Position numbers and translations under genes: made by a program
Notes under the pieces: generated by a model
The model's database searches: none
The model's input: the letters and a program-made list of their open reading frames with translations, nothing else
What the model was told of the DNA's origin: nothing
Assembly: GCA_902634075.1 (NCBI GenBank)
Contig: CACPJA010000002.1
Coordinates: 49,643 to 113,642 of the forward strand
DNA length: 64,000 nt
Origin: an uncultured Gammaproteobacteria bacterium
GTDB lineage: Bacteria; Pseudomonadota; Gammaproteobacteria; Steroidobacterales; UBA11654
Reading direction: 5' to 3'
Shown: positions 9,267 to 17,901 of the stretch, one piece after another
Layout: each line of letters opens with the position of its first letter
Position numbering within the stretch: position 1 is the first letter of the stretch

Positions 9267-10505
9267 ATGGATAGTTCAATTTTTATTACCTATGCCGTGC
9301 CAGTTTTCTTTTTGATGATTGGTATAGAATTCATATTTGGAGTAATTAAAGGCACTAATAATTATCGTCTAAATGATTCCATAGCAGCTATATCTTTAGG
9401 TCTAATAAGTCGACTCCCACCGCTTCTCAATCTGGGAATACAAGGAGTAGTTTGGACTTATGTTGCCACAAATCTCAACATGAGCCTAATGCCGAAAGAT
9501 AGCTGGGTGACTTGGGTTATCGCCTTTTTATTTTATGACCTTTGTTACTATTGGATGCACAGAATGAGCCATGAAGTGAAAGTTCTCTGGGCCTCACATG
9601 TGGTTCATCATCAGGGTGAAGAATTTAATCTGAGCACAGCATTAAGGCAAACCAGCTCAGGATGGCTATGGAAATGGATATTCTATATTCCGATGTTTAT
9701 GATAGGCATCCCTGGAGAAGTTTTTTTTACGGTGGCTGCAATTAATCTGCTTTATCAATTCTGGGTGCACACAGAGCACATAAAAACATTGGGCCCACTT
9801 GAATTAATATTTATCACACCGTCTAACCATAGAATACATCATGCCCAGAACCCCGAGTATATCGATGCCAACTATGGCGGTGTTTTCATCATATGGGATC
9901 GGATATTTGGTACTTATATTCCAGAGAGAGATGACCTTAAGCCAATCTATGGGACTGTAAAGCCATTAAGAAGTTGGAACCCTATTTGGTCAAATCTTGA
10001 GATATATCATCAAATGATAAGAGACACGATTCATACAAAAACACTTAAGAATAAAATAAAAGTATGGTTTTCAAGCACCAGATGGCGACCAGAGGACGTT
10101 TATGAGAAATTTCCACATGTAACTAATGATCTGGAAGATTTCGAAAAATATGACCCTGATGCAAATAGAACCACAAAGTTTTTTACTTCAGTTCAATTTA
10201 TAATTAATAGCTCTATCTCAACAATTATAATTTTCACCATTGCTGATCAGTCATACCTGCAATCTTGCATGCTTGCAATTATGTTGGTTGCATCTACTAC
10301 CCTTGTCACAAGTATTATTGAAAATAAAAAATGGGGCTATCAGTCAGAATTAGCAAGATCAATATTCACAATATTATTATTTGCTTTTGAGATCTTCGAT
10401 CCAAATTTGCTTGCATCTCAAGTTTTCTTTTATCAATCCATATTTAGCATAGGCTTTATTACCATATATCTTCCTATTAACAAACAGTACTTATTTGCCC
10501 GATAA
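9267..10505 (+). CDS. fatty-acid hydroxylase superfamily membrane protein, alkylglycerol monooxygenase (AGMO/TMEM195)-like
   Basis: Eight-His di-iron motif set: HRMSHE, SHVVHHQGEEFN, FWVHTEH, TPSNHRIHHAQNPEYIDANYGGVFIIWDRIFGT. The last block closely resembles recalled human AGMO [33 protein letters not shown]. Multiple TM segments, including a C-terminal hydrophobic region. Confidence 0.7.
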   Translation: MDSSIFITYAVPVFFLMIGIEFIFGVIKGTNNYRLNDSIAAISLGLISRLPPLLNLGIQGVVWTYVATNLNMSLMPKDSWVTWVIAFLFYDLCYYWMHRMSHEVKVLWASHVVHHQGEEFNLSTALRQTSSGWLWKWIFYIPMFMIGIPGEVFFTVAAINLLYQFWVHTEHIKTLGPLELIFITPSNHRIHHAQNPEYIDANYGGVFIIWDRIFGTYIPERDDLKPIYGTVKPLRSWNPIWSNLEIYHQMIRDTIHTKTLKNKIKVWFSSTRWRPEDVYEKFPHVTNDLEDFEKYDPDANRTTKFFTSVQFIINSSISTIIIFTIADQSYLQSCMLAIMLVASTTLVTSIIENKKWGYQSELARSIFTILLFAFEIFDPNLLASQVFFYQSIFSIGFITIYLPINKQYLFAR

Positions 10506-10511
10506 CAGTCG

Positions 10512-11156
10512 ATGTCTCTAGAGATTATTTTTCAAATCATAGCGATCTTAATCCCTTTGGTCTTTGCTATAACTGTGCATGAAGTGGCACATGGTTTTAT
10601 TGCAAAAGGTTTTGGTGATTACACTGCAGATCGACAAGGGCGCTTGACTTTAAATCCTATCGCTCATATTGACCCGGTAGGGACAATTATAATCCCATCT
10701 CTTTTAGTCTGGATGGGTGGTTTAGTTTTTGGCTGGGCAAAACCAGTGCCCATAAATCCAAACAATTTTTATCGACCTAAAAGGGCAATGTTTTTTGTGG
10801 CAATTGCAGGTCCAATGGCTAATTTATTAATGGCATTCTTCTGGTCTCTATTGTTATTTATATCTCAAACAAGTATTAATGATCCAAATCTTAGTCTTGC
10901 CGAGCAATTGATTATACTGATGTGTCGATACGGTATTTTTATTAACTTAGTCTTAATGATATTTAATTTATTACCGATCCCTCCTCTTGATGGTGGTCGA
11001 GTTTTAAGATCATTAGTTAAAGAAAAATATGGAAGACTTTTAGATAGTATTGAGCCATTTGGTATTTTCTTAGTTATAGGCCTACTCTTTATGGGGTTGT
11101 TTGAGCCTATATCTCGAATTGTGCAATATCTTGGCTCGTTATTAATGGGTGTTTGA
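10512..11156 (+). CDS. site-2 protease family (M50) membrane metalloprotease
   Basis: HEVAHG zinc motif in the first TM region and LLPIPPLDGG in a later one. 214 aa, polytopic. Confidence 0.75.
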   Translation: MSLEIIFQIIAILIPLVFAITVHEVAHGFIAKGFGDYTADRQGRLTLNPIAHIDPVGTIIIPSLLVWMGGLVFGWAKPVPINPNNFYRPKRAMFFVAIAGPMANLLMAFFWSLLLFISQTSINDPNLSLAEQLIILMCRYGIFINLVLMIFNLLPIPPLDGGRVLRSLVKEKYGRLLDSIEPFGIFLVIGLLFMGLFEPISRIVQYLGSLLMGV

Positions 11157-12100
11157 TGAGATCAAGGATAATTATATTTCTTTTACCTGTGATCTTAATT
11201 ACATTTGCTATTTCCCAGGCCAATGATCATGAAGACTTTAGTCAAGTTGATGAAGTTCTACAGCTTAAAAAAATTACAAAATATCAGTCTGATTCAGTTA
11301 GCACTAGAGTAAGATTCATTGTAATTCACTTTACCAGCCTCAACTGGGAAGACTCTCTGAGAGTCTTAACTGAAGAACAATTTGCAGTAAGTTCTCATTA
11401 TTTGATCCCAGAATCAGAAGATCAAAGTTATCCAAGCTCTAAGTTGAGTATTTATCAATTGGTTGATGAGAAGGATCGTGCTTGGCACGCAGGTAAAAGT
11501 CAGTGGGAAGAAAGAACGAATATCAATGATCAATCGATAGGTATTGAATTGGTAAATCAAGCTGAGTGTAATTTTAATACAGACCAGGATATGAGATTGC
11601 TGTACAGAGAAAATTACTCTTGCACATTTCCTAATTTTGATTCAAAACAAATAGATCTCTTAATACCCTTGTTAAAAGAAATTCTCATCAAACATGAAGA
11701 AATAAAACCAACTTATATTGTAGGTCACTCCGATATTGCACCTAATAGGAAATTTGATCCTGGCCCTAAATTCCCATGGAAGTTTCTTTATGAGAATGGA
11801 ATTGGAGCGTGGTATGAGGATTCAACAAGAGATAAATATTTAAATGAATTTGGGAGTGGTAAGTTACCATCACTGTCAGAGATTCAATGTGCTTTAAATC
11901 ATTATGGTTACAAGATAGAGTCAACATCATCTGAAAAGGATAGTTTTTATGTTATCAGGGCATTTCAGTATCATTTTCGACCAGCCAAAGCTAATGGTGA
12001 GCTAGACATAGAAACAATAGCAATCTTGTGGGCACTCCTGGATAAATATTTTCCAAAGGCTCTAGATGGCAATTTAAAAGTAATATGCCCAAGTGATTAG
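11156..12100 (+). CDS. N-acetylmuramoyl-L-alanine amidase (amidase_2, AmiD/AmpD family), secreted
   Basis: Signal peptide, IVIHFT, VSSHYLI, DRAWHAGKSQW, IGIELVN, GHSDIAPNRKFDPGP. The ATG at 11156 overlaps the upstream TGA by 1 nt; the track start at 11153 is TTG. Confidence 0.75.
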   Translation: MRSRIIIFLLPVILITFAISQANDHEDFSQVDEVLQLKKITKYQSDSVSTRVRFIVIHFTSLNWEDSLRVLTEEQFAVSSHYLIPESEDQSYPSSKLSIYQLVDEKDRAWHAGKSQWEERTNINDQSIGIELVNQAECNFNTDQDMRLLYRENYSCTFPNFDSKQIDLLIPLLKEILIKHEEIKPTYIVGHSDIAPNRKFDPGPKFPWKFLYENGIGAWYEDSTRDKYLNEFGSGKLPSLSEIQCALNHYGYKIESTSSEKDSFYVIRAFQYHFRPAKANGELDIETIAILWALLDKYFPKALDGNLKVICPSD

Positions 12101-12140
12101 TTCGTATAAAATAAAAAAATAATATTAAGGGAGCGATTAA

Positions 12141-13397
12141 ATGAGGAGAGCACTACTTTTTATTGGGTTAATAACCTTAGGGATTTCGAATCTTGGCGTT
12201 GCTAATACTTTCATAATTAATCCTAAACAGATTCTAAATATTGAAACGGGCGAATTAATTAAATCCCAAGTGTTAGTGAGGGATGGAAAAATAATAGAAA
12301 TCTCTAGGTCTATTAAGAGCACTAATGACATAGAGATAATAAACCTTCCAAAGCTAACATTGCTTCCTGGATTGATGGATGCTCATGTTCATTTAATAGG
12401 TAATACAGATCTTAAAGGCTACGAGGGCTTTTCTGAGTCTTCTTATCTAGCAACTTTATACGGTGCAAAAAATGCCAAAAACACCCTTTTAGCTGGTTTT
12501 ACCACTGTTAGAAATGTAGGAGCAGGAAATTATTCAGATGTCGCTCTAAAACAGGCAATAAACCAAAAAGCAATAATCGGACCTACACTCTTAGTTTCGG
12601 GGCCTGCACTGGGAATTACTGGAGGTCATTGTGACAGCAATACCCTACCCCCTGATTTTGAGCACAGATCTGATGGTGTAGCAGATGGGCCTTGGGATAT
12701 TAGGAAGAAGGTAAGAGAAAATAAGAAATACGGTGCCGATCTCATTAAGTTTTGTGCTACAGGTGGGGTAATGTCTAAAAACACAAATCTTAGAACAAAA
12801 CAATACACTCAAGAAGAAATGGAGGCTATTGTTGATGAGGCGCATTCTCGAGGAATGAAAGTTGCAGCCCATGCACATGGTTTAGAGGGGATTAGAGCAG
12901 CGATAATGGCTGGTGTCGATTCAGTGGAACATTCGAGCTTAATTGACGAACAAACAATAGAGTTGGCTAAAAGTAAAGGTGTTTATCTTGCTATGGACAT
13001 TTATGTATCAGATTTCATTTTAGGTGAAGGAGTAGAACAAGGAATTCCTGAGTATTCGCTTAATAAGGAAAGACAAGTGGGAAGGCTCCAAAGAGAAAAC
13101 TTTAAAAAAGCGGTTGATGCTAATGCGAACTTAGTATTTGGTACTGATGCAGGTATTTTTCCTCATGGAAAGAATGCAAGGCAATTTAAGTATATGGTTG
13201 AATGGGGAATGACCTCACTCCAGGCAATACAGGCCTCAACAATTAGTACTGCCAAGCTATTCGATATGAATGATACAGGTCAAATCAAAGAATCTTATCA
13301 AGCTGATATTATTGGCGTCGAGGGCAATCCATTAGAAGATATTACCATTCTTGAAAACGTCAAATTCGTAATGTCTGATGGTGTTGTGATTAAATAA
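12141..13397 (+). CDS. periplasmic metal-dependent amidohydrolase (COG1228-type)
   Basis: Signal peptide, HxH motif LLPGLMDAHVHL, later AAHAHG and GTDAG motifs. AAGGGAG Shine-Dalgarno 8 nt upstream. Confidence 0.75.
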   Translation: MRRALLFIGLITLGISNLGVANTFIINPKQILNIETGELIKSQVLVRDGKIIEISRSIKSTNDIEIINLPKLTLLPGLMDAHVHLIGNTDLKGYEGFSESSYLATLYGAKNAKNTLLAGFTTVRNVGAGNYSDVALKQAINQKAIIGPTLLVSGPALGITGGHCDSNTLPPDFEHRSDGVADGPWDIRKKVRENKKYGADLIKFCATGGVMSKNTNLRTKQYTQEEMEAIVDEAHSRGMKVAAHAHGLEGIRAAIMAGVDSVEHSSLIDEQTIELAKSKGVYLAMDIYVSDFILGEGVEQGIPEYSLNKERQVGRLQRENFKKAVDANANLVFGTDAGIFPHGKNARQFKYMVEWGMTSLQAIQASTISTAKLFDMNDTGQIKESYQADIIGVEGNPLEDITILENVKFVMSDGVVIK

Positions 13398-13427
13398 AAA
13401 AAAGCCCGCTCTTCAGCGGGCTTTTTA
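13396..13427. terminator. bidirectional rho-independent terminator
   Basis: Stem GCCCGCT (13404-13410), loop CTTC, stem AGCGGGC (13415-13421). An A-run flanks it on the left and a T-run on the right, so it reads as hairpin plus U-tract on both strands. It lies between the convergent amidohydrolase and TonB-receptor genes. Confidence 0.8.
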
Positions 13428-13445
13428 TCAATTACTAGTTACTCC

Positions 13446-15776
13446 TTAAAAATCTCTAGAGTATGAGATACCGATTGTTCTAGGCGGTATCCATTGTAAG
13501 TAGTTTCTAGCTCTGTAACCTGGAGATTCAGCTGAGAATCTAAAGGCTTCAGTTCTCTGGTCAGTTAAATTACTGATAGATAATTGAAGTCTAGATTGTT
13601 CATCAAGTTCTACTCCGAGATTAAGATTAAGCTGAGTGTAACTTGGCGACATATCTTCATCGCTCATCTTAAATGTAGCGAAACTTTCTCCATAATAAGT
13701 CATATCCAATCTTGCAAATGAAGGCAGAGATGCAATATCAAAGGCGTAAGATAGTCCTACAGCCATTTGCTCTTCTGCAATATTAGGCAAACGGTCACCT
13801 GCAACCGCTCCCAATGAAGCAATATCATTTGCAATTTCAGCACTAATAAAGCTTCCAGCAACATCTAGAGCAAGTCTATCGCTTAAGTTTACAGAGAAAT
13901 CAAGTTCTAGACCGGAGGTTTCTGCTTCACCACCGTTGTAGGTGAATGACCATCCACAAGCTGGTCTTACTGTCACTTGAATGCCTGTCCAGTCTATTTT
14001 GAAGAAAGTGGCATTTAAACTATACCCATCGCCTCTAGCTTTAAACCCAATTTCAGTATTTTCAGCTTCGTCCGAAGTGTATCGTCTTTTAAAACCGGCA
14101 GCTTCAGGATCATTTGCACAAAAGAATGGAAGTGCAGCGTTGTTACCACCTGCTCGGTAGCCAACTGATGAAACTGCAAATACAGTTAAGTCATCATTAA
14201 CTTCATAAGTAACGGTGTACTTGAATCGGTTATCTGATTCAGAACCGTTTTCTTCAGAACATGTTACACCGACTGCTTCATCACCACCACAACCAGTGTT
14301 ATCAGGATCTTCATAGAAAACTCCATACTCTGAGGTTTTAAATCCATCAGATAATTCAAAGTCCCTCATACCTAATGTAAATGTCCAATCACCCACTGTG
14401 TAGTCAACCGACCCATAGATGGCTTCTTCCTCAGCATAATTATAATAGTTATAACTACCGTAGACCAAGAAACCAGTGTTACCTCTAAATTCTGTATCAC
14501 CAAAAGGTGAAACATAAAATGAAGGATCATAAGTGCCATTATGTGAGCTGAAACCCATATAACCCAGATAATCAAGCCCATCGGCATTTGTTACTTCCCA
14601 CTCAGTGACACTATTTGGTGCACTTTCATAATCAGTCCTAAAGTAACCAGCTGTCCATTGAATAGGCCCATCACCTTTAGAGGTGAATCTTAACTCCTGA
14701 GTTTCTCTCTTGGCATCACCATAGTAATAAAGAGGATCTGGATAAAGGTCATCGGTATCAATTCTTGACCAGTCAGTAACAGCATATTCATCAAAATCAT
14801 AGTTGGCTAAAATTAGCGTTGCATCAAATGCTTCAAATTCATAATTAGCAGTTAGTGAAACTACACTTGATTCGACATCAAAGTATTCATCAGTATATGA
14901 ATAAAAAGCCACATCTTGATCCCATCCTGCTAAATCTCCTCCAGCAGTGGCGAAAACTCTTGTACAGGTGGCACCGTAATACCATGCTGTATCATAGACG
15001 CAATTTGGATCAACAATATCAGCTGTACCAGGCTTATCTGCATTACCTTTTTCTTTCTGACCAAAATCAAAGCGCTCTCTTTTCATGATCATAAGATTAA
15101 GATCCAGTGGGCCATCAGCGTATCTGAACATCAGTCTGTATTCATCATCATCCTGATTACCAATGTCTCGTCTACCTGTAGCAATATTTTGATAAATTCC
15201 AGGGTTTTTTCCAGATGTATAAACCGCTCTCATTGCCATAGTGTCAGACAATGGAACATTAACCATCGCGTTGTAGGCGTAGCCAGAGTCATCTGCAAGA
15301 TTCTTATCAGAGTATTCTAGTGTGACGTTACCTTCGAACTCATCAAATGATGGCATGGCAGTAATGTATCTAATTGTTCCACCAACTGCGTTTGAACCAT
15401 ATAGAGTTCCTTGTGGCCCTCTAAGTACTTCAATTCGGTTAATGTCGTAGAGATTAGTCATACCCATTGATATTTCACCCATAAAGGTGTTCGATGTTCC
15501 AGAATTAACTTGGGCTGTACCAGTATTAAGTCCTCTCATCGTGTAATAGGTATCTCCACCCGGGGTTGAAACGCCAGCAAGAGTCCTAAGATAATCTTCA
15601 GGGTTATAAATGCCTCTCTCGGTAATTGCGTCAGAAGTTATAACAGAGATATTCATTGGAATATCCTGAACGGTTTGTTCACGTTTATTAGCCGTTACAA
15701 TTATTTCTTCAATGCCTTGTGAAAAAGATGATGTAGAAATGAAGATCATGGCTAAAATCAATGTGATTTTTCTCAT
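13446..15776 (-). CDS. TonB-dependent outer-membrane receptor
   Basis: 776 aa. Signal peptide MRKITLILAMIFISTSSFSQG, plug motifs (IVTANKREQTVQDIP; IEVLRGPQGTLYGSNAVGG), long beta-barrel region, terminal aromatic residue (..YSRDF). GAGG Shine-Dalgarno upstream. Confidence 0.9.
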   Translation of the reverse strand: MRKITLILAMIFISTSSFSQGIEEIIVTANKREQTVQDIPMNISVITSDAITERGIYNPEDYLRTLAGVSTPGGDTYYTMRGLNTGTAQVNSGTSNTFMGEISMGMTNLYDINRIEVLRGPQGTLYGSNAVGGTIRYITAMPSFDEFEGNVTLEYSDKNLADDSGYAYNAMVNVPLSDTMAMRAVYTSGKNPGIYQNIATGRRDIGNQDDDEYRLMFRYADGPLDLNLMIMKRERFDFGQKEKGNADKPGTADIVDPNCVYDTAWYYGATCTRVFATAGGDLAGWDQDVAFYSYTDEYFDVESSVVSLTANYEFEAFDATLILANYDFDEYAVTDWSRIDTDDLYPDPLYYYGDAKRETQELRFTSKGDGPIQWTAGYFRTDYESAPNSVTEWEVTNADGLDYLGYMGFSSHNGTYDPSFYVSPFGDTEFRGNTGFLVYGSYNYYNYAEEEAIYGSVDYTVGDWTFTLGMRDFELSDGFKTSEYGVFYEDPDNTGCGGDEAVGVTCSEENGSESDNRFKYTVTYEVNDDLTVFAVSSVGYRAGGNNAALPFFCANDPEAAGFKRRYTSDEAENTEIGFKARGDGYSLNATFFKIDWTGIQVTVRPACGWSFTYNGGEAETSGLELDFSVNLSDRLALDVAGSFISAEIANDIASLGAVAGDRLPNIAEEQMAVGLSYAFDIASLPSFARLDMTYYGESFATFKMSDEDMSPSYTQLNLNLGVELDEQSRLQLSISNLTDQRTEAFRFSAESPGYRARNYLQWIPPRTIGISYSRDF

Positions 15777-15802
15777 GTGTTACCTCTTTATTTTAATGTG
15801 AA

Positions 15803-15822
15803 AATAACGATCCATCGTTATT
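15803..15822. promoter_or_regulatory. perfect 20-bp palindrome, candidate repressor operator (Fur-box-like half sites)
   Basis: AATAACGAT-CC-ATCGTTATT has 9-bp perfect arms. It lies 27-46 nt upstream of the receptor ATG and just downstream of the candidate -10. Each half differs at two positions from the Fur consensus half GATAATGAT. Confidence 0.4.
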
Positions 15823-15829
15823 GTTATTG

Positions 15830-15856
15830 ATTCTAGCATTATTTATCCTGAATCAA
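15830..15856 (-). promoter_or_regulatory. candidate sigma70 promoter of the TonB-dependent receptor
   Basis: On the minus strand: TTGATT (15856-15851), a 15-nt spacer ending in TGc, then TAGAAT (15835-15830), i.e. extended -10-like. Pattern match only. Confidence 0.3.
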
Positions 15857-15923
15857 AAATTTTTAAAAATTAGATAAGCAATGAAAAATCAACTAATATT
15901 CATAGCTCAATAGGTTAATCAAT

Positions 15924-16619
15924 ATGACATTAAAGGTAATCGGTGCTGGGTTTGGAAGGACAGGAACACTTTCTCTTAAGGCTGCATTAGAGCACCTTGG
16001 ATACGGTCCTTGCCATCATATGAAAGAGGTTATGTTGCATAATGACCAGGCCGAATGGTTTTCACAAGCATCAAAGGGTCTTGAAGTCGATTGGCATGAA
16101 GTTTTTGAGAATTACTCATCAGCTGTAGACTGGCCAGCTGCTGCATATTATCAGGAACTAGCTGATACATTTCCTGAAGCAAAAATTATTCTTGGAATAA
16201 GAGATCCTGATACTTGGTATAAGAGTGTTAACAATACTATTTTTAGAGTCATACCAAATTTCCCTAAATGGATCAGGTTCATTTTTCCCAGGTCTGACAA
16301 AGTCTTTAATATGATTGAGAAAACAATATGGCAAGGTGAATTCTCAGGTCAATTTAAAGACAAAGAACTAGCCATTCAGGTTTACAATGATCGTATAGAA
16401 ACAATAAAAAAAGTCTTTCCTCCTGAAAGACTGTTGATTCATAGTTCTAAAGATGGGTGGGAACCACTGTGTGAATTCCTAGATGCTGGAATCCCAGAGA
16501 CCCCTTATCCTTGGTTAAATGACTCGTCAAAAATTAAAAGAGCAATAATAGTAATGAAAATCATGCAATGGCTACCAATGACAATACTAGTATTGTCTAT
16601 CATCGCTATACTGGTTTAA
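15924..16619 (+). CDS. sulfotransferase family protein (Sulfotransfer_4-like) with C-terminal TM anchor
   Basis: N-terminal PAPS-binding-loop-like motif VIGAGFGRTGTLSLKAALEHLGYGPCHHM. Hydrophobic C-terminal tail MQWLPMTILVLSIIAILV. Confidence 0.7.
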   Translation: MTLKVIGAGFGRTGTLSLKAALEHLGYGPCHHMKEVMLHNDQAEWFSQASKGLEVDWHEVFENYSSAVDWPAAAYYQELADTFPEAKIILGIRDPDTWYKSVNNTIFRVIPNFPKWIRFIFPRSDKVFNMIEKTIWQGEFSGQFKDKELAIQVYNDRIETIKKVFPPERLLIHSSKDGWEPLCEFLDAGIPETPYPWLNDSSKIKRAIIVMKIMQWLPMTILVLSIIAILV

Positions 16620-16622
16620 TAA

Positions 16623-16703
16623 ATGAAGAAAGTCCTGATTCTTGGTTTAGTAATGATTCTAGCAATGATGGGCTTGCTGATTGTAGGTTTATTATCAACC
16701 TAA
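16623..16703 (+). CDS. speculative 26-codon hydrophobic micro-ORF
   Basis: ATG lies 3 nt after the sulfotransferase stop. Translation MKKVLILGLVMILAMMGLLIVGLLST is a single TM/signal-like helix. No clear Shine-Dalgarno. Not in the ORF track (too short). Confidence 0.2.
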   Translation: MKKVLILGLVMILAMMGLLIVGLLST

Positions 16704-16758
16704 TTAATGGGTTCAGTAATATAGTGTTTATGGTATGTGCAACAACTAGGAGTATATT

Positions 16759-17769
16759 ATGATTTCTATTGGTATTTATTTGACAGAACGAGGCTATGTT
16801 CCAGAATTTGTTCTTCGTTGGTTCATCAGAAGATTCAGCTTGAGTAGATTGGTTGAATCTGACTCTGATGAAAGTAAACAATTAGTCATTAACGGCTTGA
16901 AAACTGGCCCTATTGCTGAAAATACCCTTGATGCAAACAATCAACACTATGAGGTTCCTGCCAACTACTTTAAATCTGTTTTAGGACCAAGACTCAAATA
17001 TTCATGTTGTTGGTTCGATAATAATCAGTCAACACTAGAGGAAGCAGAAATAAAAATGATGGAACTCTATATTAAACGAGCAAAAATAGAAGACGGTCAA
17101 ACTATATTGGATTTAGGATGTGGTTGGGGAAGTCTCACTTTATTCTTAGCTGAGCGATTTCCCAACTCAGTAATTTATTCAGTGAGTAATTCCAATGATC
17201 AAATTAAATTTATTCAAGAAAAATCAAAAAATATGGGCTTTAGTCATGTTCATGCTTCAGTCCAGGATGCTAATTCCTTGGACATACCAACTATGTTTGA
17301 TCGAGTCATTTCAATCGAAATGTTTGAACACATAAGAAATTACAAATTATTACTTGAGAAGATTAAACATATACTCAAGCCAGATGGGTTTCTTTTTGTA
17401 CATATATTCTGTCATAAAACTGCAGCCTATCTTTATGAAGAAAAAGGTGAAAATGACTGGATGACACGTAACTTCTTCCGTGGAGGGATCATGCCATCTG
17501 AGAATATATTTAGTTATTTTGAAGAGTTCAAAATCAAAAAGACATGGATGATCAATGGAACTCAGTACACAAGAACACTAAACGAATGGCTTAGAATCCA
17601 TGATAAGTCAAAAGACAATATACTTAAAATCTTCAAAAAGCATTACCACCGGCCACTAATTCACTTTCATAGATGGAGGCTTTTCTATATTGCTTGTTCT
17701 GAATTTTTTAGCATCAATGATGGTGAAGAATGGTATGTGTCGCACTATCTTCTCTCGCCAAAAATATGA
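16759..17769 (+). CDS. SAM-dependent methyltransferase, cyclopropane-fatty-acyl-phospholipid synthase family
   Basis: HYEVPANYF and LKYSCCWF blocks, SAM motif ILDLGCGWGSLTLFLAE. AGGAG Shine-Dalgarno 6 nt upstream of the ATG. Confidence 0.8.
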   Translation: MISIGIYLTERGYVPEFVLRWFIRRFSLSRLVESDSDESKQLVINGLKTGPIAENTLDANNQHYEVPANYFKSVLGPRLKYSCCWFDNNQSTLEEAEIKMMELYIKRAKIEDGQTILDLGCGWGSLTLFLAERFPNSVIYSVSNSNDQIKFIQEKSKNMGFSHVHASVQDANSLDIPTMFDRVISIEMFEHIRNYKLLLEKIKHILKPDGFLFVHIFCHKTAAYLYEEKGENDWMTRNFFRGGIMPSENIFSYFEEFKIKKTWMINGTQYTRTLNEWLRIHDKSKDNILKIFKKHYHRPLIHFHRWRLFYIACSEFFSINDGEEWYVSHYLLSPKI

Positions 17770-17814
17770 GCTAAGGCTATTGACCAGAAATTTCTTATGT
17801 TAATAACAATAACC

Positions 17815-17891
17815 TGGTAGGCACGGGCGGACTCGAACCGCCGACCTCTTGCATGTCAAGCAAGCACTCTAACCAGCTGAGCTACGCGCCT
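17815..17891 (-). tRNA. tRNA-Val (anticodon GAC)
   Basis: Reverse complement AGGCGCGTAGCTCAGCTGGTTAGAGTGCTTGCTTGACATGCAAGAGGTCGGCGGTTCGAGTCCGCCCGTGCCTACCA. Cloverleaf folds by hand: acceptor AGGCGCG/CGTGCCT, anticodon loop TTGACAT, GTTCGAGTC T-loop, encoded CCA. Confidence 0.9.
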
Positions 17892-17901
17892 CCATAATAA
17901 A

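Noticed and set aside
15777-15923. I considered a cobalamin or other riboswitch in the TonB-dependent receptor leader.
   Set aside because: The whole intergenic region is 147 nt and is shared with the divergent sulfotransferase promoter. I see no B12-box-like or other conserved riboswitch core, and the region is too short for a cobalamin aptamer plus expression platform.
16568-16762. A 64-aa track ORF spans the sulfotransferase/methyltransferase gap.
   Set aside because: It overlaps the 3' end of the sulfotransferase in another frame and runs into the methyltransferase start. It has no motif or Shine-Dalgarno sequence. The short hydrophobic micro-ORF in a different frame is the more plausible, though still speculative, reading of this gap.
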